Below, in pieces: positions 17,768 to 27,324 of a DNA stretch of 37,660 bases (its first letter is position 1; each line of letters begins with the position of its first letter). Under the pieces are notes generated by a model. That model did not search any database. It saw only the letters and a list, made by a program, of their open reading frames with translations, and was not told where the DNA came from. This DNA comes from a virus (taxonomy: Duplodnaviria; Caudoviricetes). The stretch is from positions 1 to 37,660 of IMG/VR virus record IMGVR_UViG_3300048849_000159; one strand, given 5' to 3'. The position numbers were made by a program, and so were the translations under genes.

Positions 17768-18006
17768 CAGCCGACCGGCGGTGCCGCGTACTCGAAGTCA
17801 GCGATGACCGCCAACTTCTCCGGCTTCGTCTTCGCACCGGTCAGGTCTATGCCATGAGCGTCAGCCCACGCCTCGATCTCCGCGACCGTCCACGACTCCG
17901 AAGGAACCGTCTCCACCGCAGGCGTGTGCTCCGGCGGTACAAGCCCCAGACGCACCGCGTCCTCGAGCCGGTACTCGTTGCCGTTCACGCTGATCTTGTC
18001 CGACAT
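17767..18006 (-). CDS. Small virion-associated protein with HeH/Rho-N-like C-terminus
   Basis: WTVAEIEAWADAHGIDLTGAKTKPEKLAVI. Confidence 0.7.
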   Translation of the reverse strand: MSDKISVNGNEYRLEDAVRLGLVPPEHTPAVETVPSESWTVAEIEAWADAHGIDLTGAKTKPEKLAVIADFEYAAPPVG

Positions 18007-18009
18007 CCG

Positions 18010-18342
18010 TCAGCCCTTCGTCTCGGTGATCACGAACTCCGTGTGGGGGAGCACGTTCCAGTACGTCTGCGGTCGGCCATCGACGTAGTACGTCTGACCG
18101 CGCCAGATGACCGTGTCCGCTGCCTGGATCCAGTCCTGCGGTTCACGGGTCGACACCATCCACCGTGAAGTGACGATGTCGTTCTGCCCGAGAGACTCCT
18201 TCGTCCCGACCGGCTGCACGTTGCAGCCACCGATGACTTCATCGACGACAGCCTCCGTGGGAACACCGTCGTCGTCGGGCGCACCCTCGGTGGTGCGCTG
18301 CACCGTGACCGTGTCGCGGTGCAGCATGTTCGAGAGGATCAC
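18010..18342 (-). CDS. Head-to-tail stopper
   Basis: GCNVQP..DTVIWRGQTYYVDGRPQ. Confidence 0.82.
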   Translation of the reverse strand: MILSNMLHRDTVTVQRTTEGAPDDDGVPTEAVVDEVIGGCNVQPVGTKESLGQNDIVTSRWMVSTREPQDWIQAADTVIWRGQTYYVDGRPQTYWNVLPHTEFVITETKG

Positions 18343-18887
18343 CAGTGATCACCGCCGATGCGGTACCGAGCGACCGCTCGAGCCCACTGCGACGTGGTAC
18401 CCACAGTCGCCGCGGCAGCCATCGCCACCTGCTCCTGCCCCGACGTGAACTGCGACAGCCACGGCGACGCCTCAGAGATCGACGCAGCCTGATCCAGGAC
18501 CACTTCCTGCACGTCCCCGGGGATGTCGGCGAAGCCGTGCGAGTACACGACCTCGATCGACCGCCACACGTCGGGGAACCGTGCGGGGAGGCGGAGCAGA
18601 CCAGCAGCCGACCACTCAGGGTCGAGCACTGTCTGCCCCGCCACCGTCAGACTCGAGACGGAGACGACCGGCCACACCGGGAGCCGAAGCACCCGGGCCC
18701 CAGCCCCGTCGAGAACGATCGTGTCGTTCTCGACGAGGCTGATGGGGTTGCGGGTCTGACCGCGGAACCGCTCCGACGCCATCTGCAGCGCCAGAGCGAT
18801 CCCCGGGTCACTCTCCGGTTTGCCGAGCCTTGCCCCGAGGTCGGCTGGATCGGCCAGCGGGGGCAGCGTAGTCTCCTGCAGAGTCAC
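18339..18887 (-). CDS. Head-to-tail adaptor
   Basis: LADPADL..ASERFRG..VVYSHGF..IPGDV; GTG18887 with GGAGG RBS. Confidence 0.82.
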   Translation of the reverse strand: MTLQETTLPPLADPADLGARLGKPESDPGIALALQMASERFRGQTRNPISLVENDTIVLDGAGARVLRLPVWPVVSVSSLTVAGQTVLDPEWSAAGLLRLPARFPDVWRSIEVVYSHGFADIPGDVQEVVLDQAASISEASPWLSQFTSGQEQVAMAAAATVGTTSQWARAVARYRIGGDHW

Positions 18888-18993
18888 GTCCTGCCTCCTC
18901 CACACCGCGTGCCTTGTTCTTCACCAGACCGAGACGCGCGGCATCCTCGAGCCGGTACCGGATCCCGTTGATGACGACCATGCCGTCCGTCAT
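18808..18993 (-). CDS. Small protein after capsid; N-terminus paralogous to 17767-18006
   Basis: TGATG coupling to capsid gene; INGIRYRLEDAARLGLV. Confidence 0.6.
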   Translation of the reverse strand: MTDGMVVINGIRYRLEDAARLGLVKNKARGVEEAGRDSAGDYAAPAGRSSRPRGKARQTGE

Positions 18994-20264
18994 CAGGCGC
19001 CCGTGGTGCCGAGGTCTACGAGGGCGAGGTGCGCCGGCTTGTAGATGACCTGCGCGGCACGGAGCTCCGCACGCACGTACACGAGGTTGCGTCGTGCGTA
19101 GTCGGCGTGCTGGTTGAACGCGACCACGGACAGCGCCTCACGCTCGAGGACGTTGATCGTCGACAGGTCACCGACGAGCGCAGTGCCCTCGGGGATCGCC
19201 TGCGTGGTGACGTACGGACGGCCCCACAGGGTGCGGGGACCAGCACCGAACGGACCAGCACCGAAGAAGCGCTGGTTCCCGTCCTGCATCAGGTCCAGAA
19301 CCTCGGCGTCCGCCGGGTTGAGGACGATGCCGGTGACCTGCGCGCCGACCTCGTCCAGGGCGGTTAGGGCCTTGCGGATCGACGTCGGGATCTGCACCGG
19401 GTCGGTGCCGGCCGTCGCGATCTGCTGGATGCCCGTGGTGTTCAGGATGCCCGTCGGCTGCCCCGACGCACCCGTACCGTTCACGAGGTAGTTCTCGATG
19501 ACGGCACGGATGTTGTACGCCAGCTGCCCGTTCAGGTAGGAGGCGAACGCACCCGCGTCGGCGAGGAGCTCGTTCGTGACGGTGTAGCCGTCGGCGTAGG
19601 TGAACACCTTGCCGGTGGCGAGGTTCGTCGACAGATCCGACAGCGGCTTCAGCGCGGACGCCGGGTCGCCGGGCAGGATCTCGTCCTTGACGATGCCCGC
19701 GTTGCGGAGCACCGACGTGATCTGCACGTAGTCGAAGCTGTTGCCGGTGATCGAACCGGTCGAGATCAGGTCGAGCAGCGTCAGGGGACGCTGGTAGGTC
19801 AGGTCGACCTGCGGCAGACGCGTGGGACGCAGCTGCCCGACAGCGACCGACAGCGGGTTCGGGTCAGCCTTGAAGCCGCGACCCTTCGCACCGACGGTGA
19901 CCTTCGGCAGCTGGATCAGCGACCCCTCGCCGAACCCACCCGGGTTCGACTTGATGAGCTGCTGGTACGGCGCCGACTCCGTGTACGCCTCACCGAAAGA
20001 CTTGAAGCCGTCCGGCTGCTCCTCGTCCGGCTTCGGCTCGTCGTCGGACTTCGCCGGCGACGTCGACGCGAGCAGCGTCTTCATGTTCGACTGCGCGTCG
20101 TCCGCGGCCTTCACCTGGACGGTGAGCTCGTCGGCCTGCGACTTCAGCTCACCGATCTTCGTGATCTCGTCCGCCGTGAACTCACGGTCCTCGGACTTCG
20201 CCAGGTCGGCGATGCTCTTCGCTTCGGCCAGGACGGCCGCGAGCTTCTCTCGGAGCGTCTTCAT
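18993..20264 (-). CDS. Major capsid protein, HK97 fold with delta (scaffold) domain
   Basis: Coiled-coil N-terminus; NGTGASGQPTGILN, LNPAD, LWGRP, RNLVYVRAELR. Confidence 0.95.
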   Translation of the reverse strand: MKTLREKLAAVLAEAKSIADLAKSEDREFTADEITKIGELKSQADELTVQVKAADDAQSNMKTLLASTSPAKSDDEPKPDEEQPDGFKSFGEAYTESAPYQQLIKSNPGGFGEGSLIQLPKVTVGAKGRGFKADPNPLSVAVGQLRPTRLPQVDLTYQRPLTLLDLISTGSITGNSFDYVQITSVLRNAGIVKDEILPGDPASALKPLSDLSTNLATGKVFTYADGYTVTNELLADAGAFASYLNGQLAYNIRAVIENYLVNGTGASGQPTGILNTTGIQQIATAGTDPVQIPTSIRKALTALDEVGAQVTGIVLNPADAEVLDLMQDGNQRFFGAGPFGAGPRTLWGRPYVTTQAIPEGTALVGDLSTINVLEREALSVVAFNQHADYARRNLVYVRAELRAAQVIYKPAHLALVDLGTTGA

Positions 20265-20989
20265 CGTTCCTCCATCAGGATCAGTTCTGCTGCGGTCGCC
20301 CAGGCCGCCACTTGGGCATGAGTAAGGCCCGCCGATTTCGACGGGCCTGACGGTTCCCCATCCTGGGGAGGTGAGCTTTCCGGCGGGGCGCCGGAAGATT
20401 CGGTCGGGTCGGGCGGAACCTCAACGTTCGGTGTCGGCTCCACCTCCCGAGGGTCGGCGGCGAGCTCCTCACGCACGATGCGGCGAATGTCCTCGTCGGA
20501 CTTCGTCCCGAGCAGCTGCGTCTCCGGGTTCATGCCGCGGAGCGTCGGGCCTGCTTCGATCAGGTCGAGCTGTCGGAGCTCCCACGCGTCGACCCCGTCC
20601 ACGGTCACCGGGCCGGCGTCCACGACGTCGTAGCCGAAGGAGAACTCCTTGACGCGCTTCTGGTCGAGCAGCTTGAAGACCTGCGCCCCGGTGGGGTTGT
20701 CCAGGTCGAGCTGCGCGGTGACCAGCAAGCCGTCCGCAGTCTCGTCCGCTTCGATGACGTGACCGATGTGCGACATGGGATCCGCCCATTGATGCGACCA
20801 GATGACCGGGATCGGCGCGCCAGACGCTTCCCATTCAGCCAAGCTGTTCTTGAACGCACCCGGCACGATCACATCGCCGCCGTGATCGACGTTGCCGAAC
20901 ACAGCGACAAGCGCAGTGAACTGGCCCGCGGGCAGGCCACCGGAACCGCCCACCGCTTTGATGCTCGCGGTGAAGTTCTTCGTCTTCAT
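20261..20989 (-). CDS. HK97-family prohead protease
   Basis: AVFGNVDHGGDVIVPGAF, WSHQW, FSFGY, GMNPET. Confidence 0.93.
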   Translation of the reverse strand: MKTKNFTASIKAVGGSGGLPAGQFTALVAVFGNVDHGGDVIVPGAFKNSLAEWEASGAPIPVIWSHQWADPMSHIGHVIEADETADGLLVTAQLDLDNPTGAQVFKLLDQKRVKEFSFGYDVVDAGPVTVDGVDAWELRQLDLIEAGPTLRGMNPETQLLGTKSDEDIRRIVREELAADPREVEPTPNVEVPPDPTESSGAPPESSPPQDGEPSGPSKSAGLTHAQVAAWATAAELILMEER

Positions 20990-22356
20990 GCGCTTGCCTC
21001 CAACTGCCCGGTCGCCCAGAGCACTTCCATCGCCTGCTTCGGATCCAGCCCCTTACTGCGGAGCAGGTCGTACGCCTTCGCAACCTCCGGCGTCGCATCC
21101 CCTGGGGACGCCTGCGGGCCACCACCACGGACCACGTTCAACGGCGTGATGATGTCGTCGCCTCCGGTGATCGCCGGCCGGTTGTCCATCGCCCGTGCCT
21201 CGTTGATCGTCAGCCACGGACCGCCAGTCGCGGTCGACATGATTGCCGCGGACTCCTCAAACGATCCGCGGAGCTTCGCGCCGAGGTCGAACTCGACGTA
21301 CAGCGACTCGTCGCCGCCGTTGAGGAGGGGAGTGATGTGCGCGTTGAACGCCTGCTCGAACTGCACGAAGTGCGGGCCCAGAGCGTCGCGGTACAGCGAC
21401 TGCCGGAACGCCTCCATGTTGGAGTAGTTCCCCTGCCGTGAACCGATCATCTCCGGAGGGATGTGGTACGCCGAAGCAACCTCGATGTCGGTGAGGGTGC
21501 GCCCCTCGACCTCCTGCATGTCCTTCGGCGAGAAGATGTCGACCTTCTTGACGTCCGCACCGATCGGCAGGACAGGCATCTTGCCCTCACTGCCCCCACC
21601 ATCGGACCAGTTCGACATCTCCTGCTCGAGACGCTGCCGCGCAGGCCCGTCGAGCGGGTCAACGTCCGGCACTACAGCCTGGGTGACAACCGCGGGGAAC
21701 CGGGCACCCTTCCGCCAGATCGACCGACGGTACTTCACCGACTCCGTGTACTCGTCGAGAATGTGCCGCAACGTCTCGATCGGGGGAGTGCCGTTCCCGG
21801 ATCCGTACCCACGGTCGAAGAACAGCCCGTCGAGACCGATGTGTTTCGGCTTTCCCTCACCGACGTACAGGTCCACACCGTCCACCAGCGACGTCCCCGT
21901 GAACGTGAACCGCCACGACTGCGCCGGCCAGTGCTGCAGCACCACACCAGCCCGCGAGTCCGCGGACGGCACCAGCTGCGCCATGAACCGGTCGTAGACC
22001 AGGAAGTCGCACAGGAGCGTGTGCCAGAACCGGTACTGCGTCAGGTGCTTCTGCGGTTCCCGGATCAGCTCCGCGAGCGGACCGTCCGTGACCCGCTTCC
22101 GGTCAGTGTCACCGTCCCGGCGGTACACCTTCATCGGAGTCGACGCGATCTTCGACGCGATGAAGTCAACGACCTTCCGCACCGACGGCTGCGACTGCCA
22201 GATCGAGTACGCCGACTGCGCGTAGTCCGTCAGCGGCAGACCCGGGTCAGCGACGATCGACCGGCCGTCGTACCGCCACGGCGTCGACAGCGATGGGAAC
22301 TCCGCGAGGATCTGACCGTTCGACCCTTCCGACGACTTCTTGAAGAACAGGCTCAC
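20986..22356 (-). CDS. Portal protein (HK97 family)
   Basis: VRKVVDFIASKIA, EVASAYHIPPEMIG, NYSNME, WLTINEAR; GTG22356 with GGAGG RBS. Confidence 0.93.
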   Translation of the reverse strand: MSLFFKKSSEGSNGQILAEFPSLSTPWRYDGRSIVADPGLPLTDYAQSAYSIWQSQPSVRKVVDFIASKIASTPMKVYRRDGDTDRKRVTDGPLAELIREPQKHLTQYRFWHTLLCDFLVYDRFMAQLVPSADSRAGVVLQHWPAQSWRFTFTGTSLVDGVDLYVGEGKPKHIGLDGLFFDRGYGSGNGTPPIETLRHILDEYTESVKYRRSIWRKGARFPAVVTQAVVPDVDPLDGPARQRLEQEMSNWSDGGGSEGKMPVLPIGADVKKVDIFSPKDMQEVEGRTLTDIEVASAYHIPPEMIGSRQGNYSNMEAFRQSLYRDALGPHFVQFEQAFNAHITPLLNGGDESLYVEFDLGAKLRGSFEESAAIMSTATGGPWLTINEARAMDNRPAITGGDDIITPLNVVRGGGPQASPGDATPEVAKAYDLLRSKGLDPKQAMEVLWATGQLEASA

Positions 22357-22493
22357 GTCATCCTCCAAGCGATCAGGAACAGGGCCACACCCGCGACGAC
22401 GAGCGCCGCCGGCCAGTACACGGCCGCGACACCCGCAGTGATGAGCAGCACCCCAAGGATCTCGAGGAGGATGACGACAGCTGCACGAGTCAT
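22353..22493 (-). CDS. Small 2-TM membrane protein between terL and portal
   Basis: MTRAAVVILLEILGVLLITAGVAAVYWPAALVVAGVALFLIAWRMT; coupled at both ends. Confidence 0.75.
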   Translation of the reverse strand: MTRAAVVILLEILGVLLITAGVAAVYWPAALVVAGVALFLIAWRMT

Positions 22494-24241
22494 CACGCCA
22501 CCTCCGAGGTGCCGAACACGCTCGCGTCCGGATCGTTGTACGGGTTCTTCTTCTTCGGCTTCGTGACCAGAGCTTCCGACAGCGCATTCACCGTCGCGGC
22601 GACACCGTCGATCTTGTCCATCGAGTGCGCCTTGTTCGGCTTCACGTTCCCGTTCGCGTCGATGTCCACCGACAAGTTGTCCACGTTCCACCGCAGCACC
22701 GGGTTCCCACCCGTCCGGAACAGCGGCTTCTCCTGCGTGCCGGTCAGCAGCAGACGCTGCAGCTCCTTCAACGGAGGCGAGAGGCGCCGGAAGTCCTGGT
22801 ACACACGCACCAAGTTCTTCACCCCGGAGTCCTGCAGACTGTTGACCATCTGCGTCGAGTTCCACGGGTCGAACCCGATCGACACGACATCGAACTGGTC
22901 CAGGTCCGCTTGGATCTGCGCCTGCACGAACGCGTAGTCCGTCACGTTCCCCGGCGTCGTCCGCAAGTGCCCCTGACGTACCCACGCCGACGCGTTGCCC
23001 GCAGTGCGCTTGTTCAACGCGTCCAGGGCACCCTCGGGAATCCAGAACCGGGCGAGGACGTCGTACCCGTTCCCATCGGGGAACAGCAGCACCCACGCGG
23101 TCAGGTCCGACGCGGACGCGAGGTCCCAACCACCGAACGCCTTCCGCCCAGCGAGCTTCGCCTCATCCACCGTGCCGGCGTTCCGGTCCCACGAGTCAAG
23201 CGTCAGGAACCGCGCCTCCTGCTTCGTGCGGATCCCAAGATGCAGCCGCAGGTAGTCGCCGAGCTCCGCGGGGGAGTTCTTCGCCTTCAACGCCGCAGCC
23301 TCGAGGTACTTCCGTGACGGGCTGATCCCGTACCCCGGGTTCGCCTTCCGCTGCGTCTCCGGAGCGAACGGATCATCCGTCTCATCCGCACCCCAGATCA
23401 CGCCGTAGTACGACGGATCCGTGAGCGTTCCCGCAGCGAGCTTCTCGACGTACAGCCGCGTCTCGTCATAGATCGTCCCCGACTTCGACGCGTCCGGCGT
23501 CGTGATCCGGATGCCCAACGGCTGCGTCCGCGACCCACGACCAGTCTCGAGCGTCCGAACCAGGTCCGGCGTCTTGTGAACGTGAAGCTCATCGACGATG
23601 AAGCAGTGCAAGTTCGCGCCGTGCTGCGCATCAGCAGCCGACGAGATGACCTCGATGTACGACCCCGACTTCGGGTGCACAATCCGCTTCTGGTGCGCCT
23701 TGAACCGACCAGCAAGCGCCGGCGTCTTCTCCACCAACTGCTTGATCGGCCCAAACACGAACCCCGCCTGACGCTCCGTCGAAGCGGCCGTCACAACCTG
23801 CCCACCAGACTCACCGTCGGCGCCAGTCATGTACACGGCGATGCCACCCGCGAGCGTCGACTTCCCGTTCTTGCGGGGAACATCGACCATCACGTCACGG
23901 ATGATCCGCACCATCGCGAGCGCATCCTCATCCCACTGCACCCACCCGAACACCGGCGCGATCACGTATGCGATCTGCCACGGGTCAGGATCCAGCGGCT
24001 TCCCCGCCCACTTGCCCTGCGTGTGCCGCAGCAGGTGGAACGTCTTCAGCACCTTGTCGACCCGCTCCGGGTCGAACTGGGCACCCTCAACCTCACGCGG
24101 CTCCGGGGTCTTGAACTTCGGCGGGATCTCCGGCAGCGGGTAGCCACGGTCCTGCAAGTACCAGGCAACCTCCGGAGACAGCTTCAACCGCTCGAGGTCA
24201 GCCTCGTCCAGGACGTCAGAACGGGTTGTCGTCTTCCCCAT
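22493..24241 (-). CDS. terL: Terminase large subunit
   Basis: Walker A VPRKNGKST, Walker B FIVDELH, nuclease DLASASD, KIDG. Confidence 0.96.
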   Translation of the reverse strand: MGKTTTRSDVLDEADLERLKLSPEVAWYLQDRGYPLPEIPPKFKTPEPREVEGAQFDPERVDKVLKTFHLLRHTQGKWAGKPLDPDPWQIAYVIAPVFGWVQWDEDALAMVRIIRDVMVDVPRKNGKSTLAGGIAVYMTGADGESGGQVVTAASTERQAGFVFGPIKQLVEKTPALAGRFKAHQKRIVHPKSGSYIEVISSAADAQHGANLHCFIVDELHVHKTPDLVRTLETGRGSRTQPLGIRITTPDASKSGTIYDETRLYVEKLAAGTLTDPSYYGVIWGADETDDPFAPETQRKANPGYGISPSRKYLEAAALKAKNSPAELGDYLRLHLGIRTKQEARFLTLDSWDRNAGTVDEAKLAGRKAFGGWDLASASDLTAWVLLFPDGNGYDVLARFWIPEGALDALNKRTAGNASAWVRQGHLRTTPGNVTDYAFVQAQIQADLDQFDVVSIGFDPWNSTQMVNSLQDSGVKNLVRVYQDFRRLSPPLKELQRLLLTGTQEKPLFRTGGNPVLRWNVDNLSVDIDANGNVKPNKAHSMDKIDGVAATVNALSEALVTKPKKKNPYNDPDASVFGTSEVA

Positions 24242-24668
24242 CGTCGGACTCCTTCGCCAAGCTCTGCTCCGAGCTCGGCGTCAGTCCAAACTCCCGTGCC
24301 AGCAGCTGCAGCCGATGCCCCGCATTCCGCCTGATCGCAACCGCCGGATGCGGAATCTCACCCTGCTTCGCCTCGATCGTCAACGACCCATGCTCCTGCA
24401 GAGCCAACGTCGCAGCCTTGAACTCCGACCACGTCTCGCAGTACGTCGCCAGAACCGCCCGATCCTCCGCCTTCACGATGTCCAGACGGGTCAGCTCCGG
24501 AACCACACGGTTCCACTCAGCGACCGCCTCATCCGACAACCACTCAGGAGCCGACGGAGGCACCCGCTTAAACGCCGGAGCATCCACAACCTTCCGACCA
24601 CCACTGTCACGGCCATTCCCTCGGCCCTCAACGAGACGCAGAGCCGCCGGCTTCGCAGCACGAGGCAT
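24216..24668 (-). CDS. terS: Terminase small subunit (P27 family)
   Basis: PSAPEWLSDEAVAEWNR..HPAV..EFGLTPSS. Confidence 0.93.
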   Translation of the reverse strand: MPRAAKPAALRLVEGRGNGRDSGGRKVVDAPAFKRVPPSAPEWLSDEAVAEWNRVVPELTRLDIVKAEDRAVLATYCETWSEFKAATLALQEHGSLTIEAKQGEIPHPAVAIRRNAGHRLQLLAREFGLTPSSEQSLAKESDDGEDDNPF

Positions 24669-24849
24669 CAGGACCCCCTAGTCCTCGAAGTGAGACGCGA
24701 AACACGGGGCCACCGGCGGGCGCTCTTATCCGCGGATTCGCCGTGATGTTGACCCCCTACCCCCGGGTGACACCTCGCTCACACCGTCTCTCGAACACTC
24801 CGTCGTCTGGACTACCGCGTGTTAGCTCACTGTCAAGTGGCTGCGCCCG
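24669..24849. other. Probable cos / packaging-site region
   Basis: Non-coding gap between HNH and terS in HK97-like order; GGGGTAGGGGGTCAA and CCCGCCGGTGGCCCC on the - strand; exact cut site unknown. Confidence 0.45.
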
Positions 24850-25260
24850 CTACGGCAGTTGGTTCCAGAGTTGGGAGGCGAGGGTTTCGGTGTTGCGGTC
24901 TTGGTGTCTCAGGGAGGCGAGGCGTTGGGCCCTCTTCAGGGCTGCTTGTCGTGTCTTGTGGTCGTGGTGTGGGTTGCAGAGGGGCTGCCAGTTGCTGTGG
25001 TCCCACATGGCGCCGCCGTCAGCGATCTCCGTGATGTGGTCAACCACGGTGGCTGGTCCGTCACACACTCGGCATCGTGGGTTGGTGCGGAGGTATTGGG
25101 TGGATTCGGTGCGCCACCGTGCGGTGTTGCGTCCGTCGCCTGGGATGACGCGGTGTGCGCCGCTCTTCCGCTTGCGTTGGTGTTCGGCACACCTGCCACG
25201 GTTGGTGGCGAGTTCGTCGCAGTCAAGGGCTGAGCAGCGCATGGGTGCACGGGTAGGCAT
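24850..25260 (-). CDS. Terminase-associated HNH endonuclease
   Basis: CRVC..ATVVDHI..GGAMWDHSNWQPLCNPHHDHKT. Confidence 0.92.
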   Translation of the reverse strand: MPTRAPMRCSALDCDELATNRGRCAEHQRKRKSGAHRVIPGDGRNTARWRTESTQYLRTNPRCRVCDGPATVVDHITEIADGGAMWDHSNWQPLCNPHHDHKTRQAALKRAQRLASLRHQDRNTETLASQLWNQLP

Positions 25261-25277
25261 GTCCCGTCCCCTCGGTG

Positions 25278-25736
25278 TCAGCGGAGCAGGGTGACGGGGA
25301 TGTCCGTGTCGGCGTCGTCGCTGCCCATGTGGGAGAACGCCTTGATAGTGCCAACCTGGTCGGCGCCGATGCTGGCGTCCCGGTACGTGGCGACGATTGC
25401 GTCGTCGGTGATGTGGACGGCGTCGGCTTCGTAGTTCGCTTGGGTGGCTGACTGCCAGTCGAAGACGTACGCCTTGACCTCGGTGGGTGACAGGCGGACG
25501 CCGAAGCGCTTCCCGCCGTTCCCGTCTGTGCCGTAGTAGTCGACGGCGTACCCGAAGTACTCGTTCGCGGTGAGTTCCGCGCCGAGGCCGAACGTGACGA
25601 TGACCCGCCCGTCACCTTCCTCCATGACGACTGACGTCAGGTGGCGTGGGGTGAGGGCTGCGGGGAAGTCGGTCACGGCGTCCAGGGTAGACGGGGCGTG
25701 AGTAGTGCAGCGGGCGATCCAGTCTCGGAGGCTCAT
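25278..25736 (-). CDS. Hypothetical protein (beta-rich)
   Basis: 152-aa ORF, phage-like codon usage, AGGAG RBS. Confidence 0.7.
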   Translation of the reverse strand: MSLRDWIARCTTHAPSTLDAVTDFPAALTPRHLTSVVMEEGDGRVIVTFGLGAELTANEYFGYAVDYYGTDGNGGKRFGVRLSPTEVKAYVFDWQSATQANYEADAVHITDDAIVATYRDASIGADQVGTIKAFSHMGSDDADTDIPVTLLR

Positions 25737-25740
25737 GCGG

Positions 25741-25872
25741 TCAGCTCCTGTCTTCGATCACGTCGTCCATCACGTCGTTGATCTCGGCGACTGTCTGGGG
25801 GTGTGGGGTGAGCGGTACGGGCCACCGGTTCGTGCGTGTGCGGTGGCTGCTGATGTCGTCTTCGGCCATCAT
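25741..25872 (-). CDS. Small hypothetical protein (43 aa)
   Basis: Manually read ORF MMAEDDISSH...VIEDRS filling the gap. Confidence 0.35.
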   Translation of the reverse strand: MMAEDDISSHRTRTNRWPVPLTPHPQTVAEINDVMDDVIEDRS

Positions 25873-25944
25873 GTACCCCGCTTTTCAGCCGGATTGCCCT
25901 GATCGTGGGTCTCGGCCCGCTTCAGCCGAGCCGGTTGTACCCCA

Positions 25945-26115
25945 TCAGCCGAGGATGGCGCGCCAGATAGCGACGATGGCCCAGACGGTGAGCGAGCCAA
26001 CGAGGACCGCTGCTGCGACTCCTGCGACGACGGCGATGGCCTGGCCGACACGGTAGGCGATGTCACGTTTCGACGCGGTCTGCACTTCGGGTAGGCCGTG
26101 GTCAGTGTTCGTCAT
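25945..26115 (-). CDS. Small single-TM protein (56 aa)
   Basis: MTNTDHGLPEVQTASKRDIAYRVGQAIAVVAGVAAAVLVGSLTVWAIVAIWRAILG; GGGAG RBS. Confidence 0.65.
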   Translation of the reverse strand: MTNTDHGLPEVQTASKRDIAYRVGQAIAVVAGVAAAVLVGSLTVWAIVAIWRAILG

Positions 26116-26134
26116 GGGGTGAGCTCCCTAGTGG

Positions 26135-26356
26135 TCAGTCGACTTCGATGCCGAGGTCGCGGAGGGTGGCGATGACTTCGTCGCCGTACATGCGGATGCC
26201 GCGGCCCTCCCACGCGGAGGCGACTTGCTCTTCGCTGAGGTGCACGTCCGCGTGGCCAGTGTTCGTCGCGATGCGCTCGAGCTGGGCTTCGATGCCGGCG
26301 AGCAGGTTGAGTTTCGCGGCCCGGTACTCGCCGAGGCTGAGGTCACCCGCGGTCAC
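26135..26356 (-). CDS. Hypothetical protein
   Basis: 73 aa, GTGA-coupled to upstream gene. Confidence 0.65.
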   Translation of the reverse strand: MTAGDLSLGEYRAAKLNLLAGIEAQLERIATNTGHADVHLSEEQVASAWEGRGIRMYGDEVIATLRDLGIEVD

Positions 26357-26559
26357 GCTTTCACCGGTTCCGGGTCGCCGTACGTGGTGGTCTTGACCAC
26401 CGTGGCGAGGGTCACGTCGGGTTCGAGGGCTGCAGCTCGCATCGCGGACTGGATGCGTGCTAAGTCGACCTCTGCGGACTCGCGACTTCCCACGTATGAG
26501 CTGATCGCGTTCCCGTCACGCGCGACGGTCCATACGGTCTCCCTGATGGGCTCGGTCAT
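26353..26559 (-). CDS. Hypothetical protein
   Basis: 68 aa, AAGGAGG RBS. Confidence 0.7.
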   Translation of the reverse strand: MTEPIRETVWTVARDGNAISSYVGSRESAEVDLARIQSAMRAAALEPDVTLATVVKTTTYGDPEPVKA

Positions 26560-26618
26560 CGGCGGCGCCTCCTTTTCTCAGGGATGTGCGGAGGGGAATC
26601 GTGCGGCAGGATGCAGGG

Positions 26619-27254
26619 ATGGCTTCAACCCTTTGCCCCTACTGCAAGAAGCACAGCCACATGACCCCACAATGGGGCCGCGTCTTCGCTGACGGTGCCA
26701 GGGCGCGTCTTGCCTGCACCTGCGATCAGTGCGCCCGCATCGTGATTGGGGAAGGGGCAGGTCAAAACCTAGGCACTTACAGCGAGACCAGCGAGCTGCG
26801 TTACGTGTCCGAAGCGTTGGATCGGGCGGTTCAGGTGCAATGGCTTCCCCTGGCTGCCGAGACTCCAGAGGTGCCCGACGTGCCTGCTGCGATCGAACGG
26901 GCGGCGAAGGAGGCCTACGCAAGCGCCGCGGTGGGAAACTTCATGGCTGCGATCTTGATGTCGCGCACGGTTATCGAAGCCTGCGCGAAGGACCGTGGCA
27001 TCGCGAAGGGGACTTTGAAGGTGAAGATCGACGCGATGAAGGACGCTGGGCTCATTCGACCAGCGATGGCGGAGCAGGCTCATGAGGTTCGCTTCGCTGG
27101 CAATGACATGGCCCATGGCGACATTGACGTCGCTCCCGATGCCATCGACGCGGAGGAGATCCTGGCGCTCATGGCATCGGTGCTAGCCGAGGTGTTCCAG
27201 GACCCGGCGCGGCTCGAGCGCATTCGTGCGAAGCGGGTCGCTCAGTCGTCCTGA
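26619..27254 (+). CDS. DUF4145 (HEPN-like) protein with N-terminal Zn ribbon; candidate abortive-infection moron
   Basis: CPYC..CDQC; AAILMSRTVIE..LKVKID..HEVRFAGNDMAH. Confidence 0.85.
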   Translation: MASTLCPYCKKHSHMTPQWGRVFADGARARLACTCDQCARIVIGEGAGQNLGTYSETSELRYVSEALDRAVQVQWLPLAAETPEVPDVPAAIERAAKEAYASAAVGNFMAAILMSRTVIEACAKDRGIAKGTLKVKIDAMKDAGLIRPAMAEQAHEVRFAGNDMAHGDIDVAPDAIDAEEILALMASVLAEVFQDPARLERIRAKRVAQSS

Positions 27255-27324
27255 CGTGGTCGGCCGACCCGTCCGGGTTCCGCATGCCAGCGCGGTTCAC
27301 CTCGGGGGTCCCGGCCTAAGGGGT

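Noticed and set aside
20986-22587. Longest-ORF starts for portal, endolysin, SGNH tail, antirepressor and others
   Set aside because: Extensions overlap upstream genes; downstream starts have an RBS, coupling or -10 support
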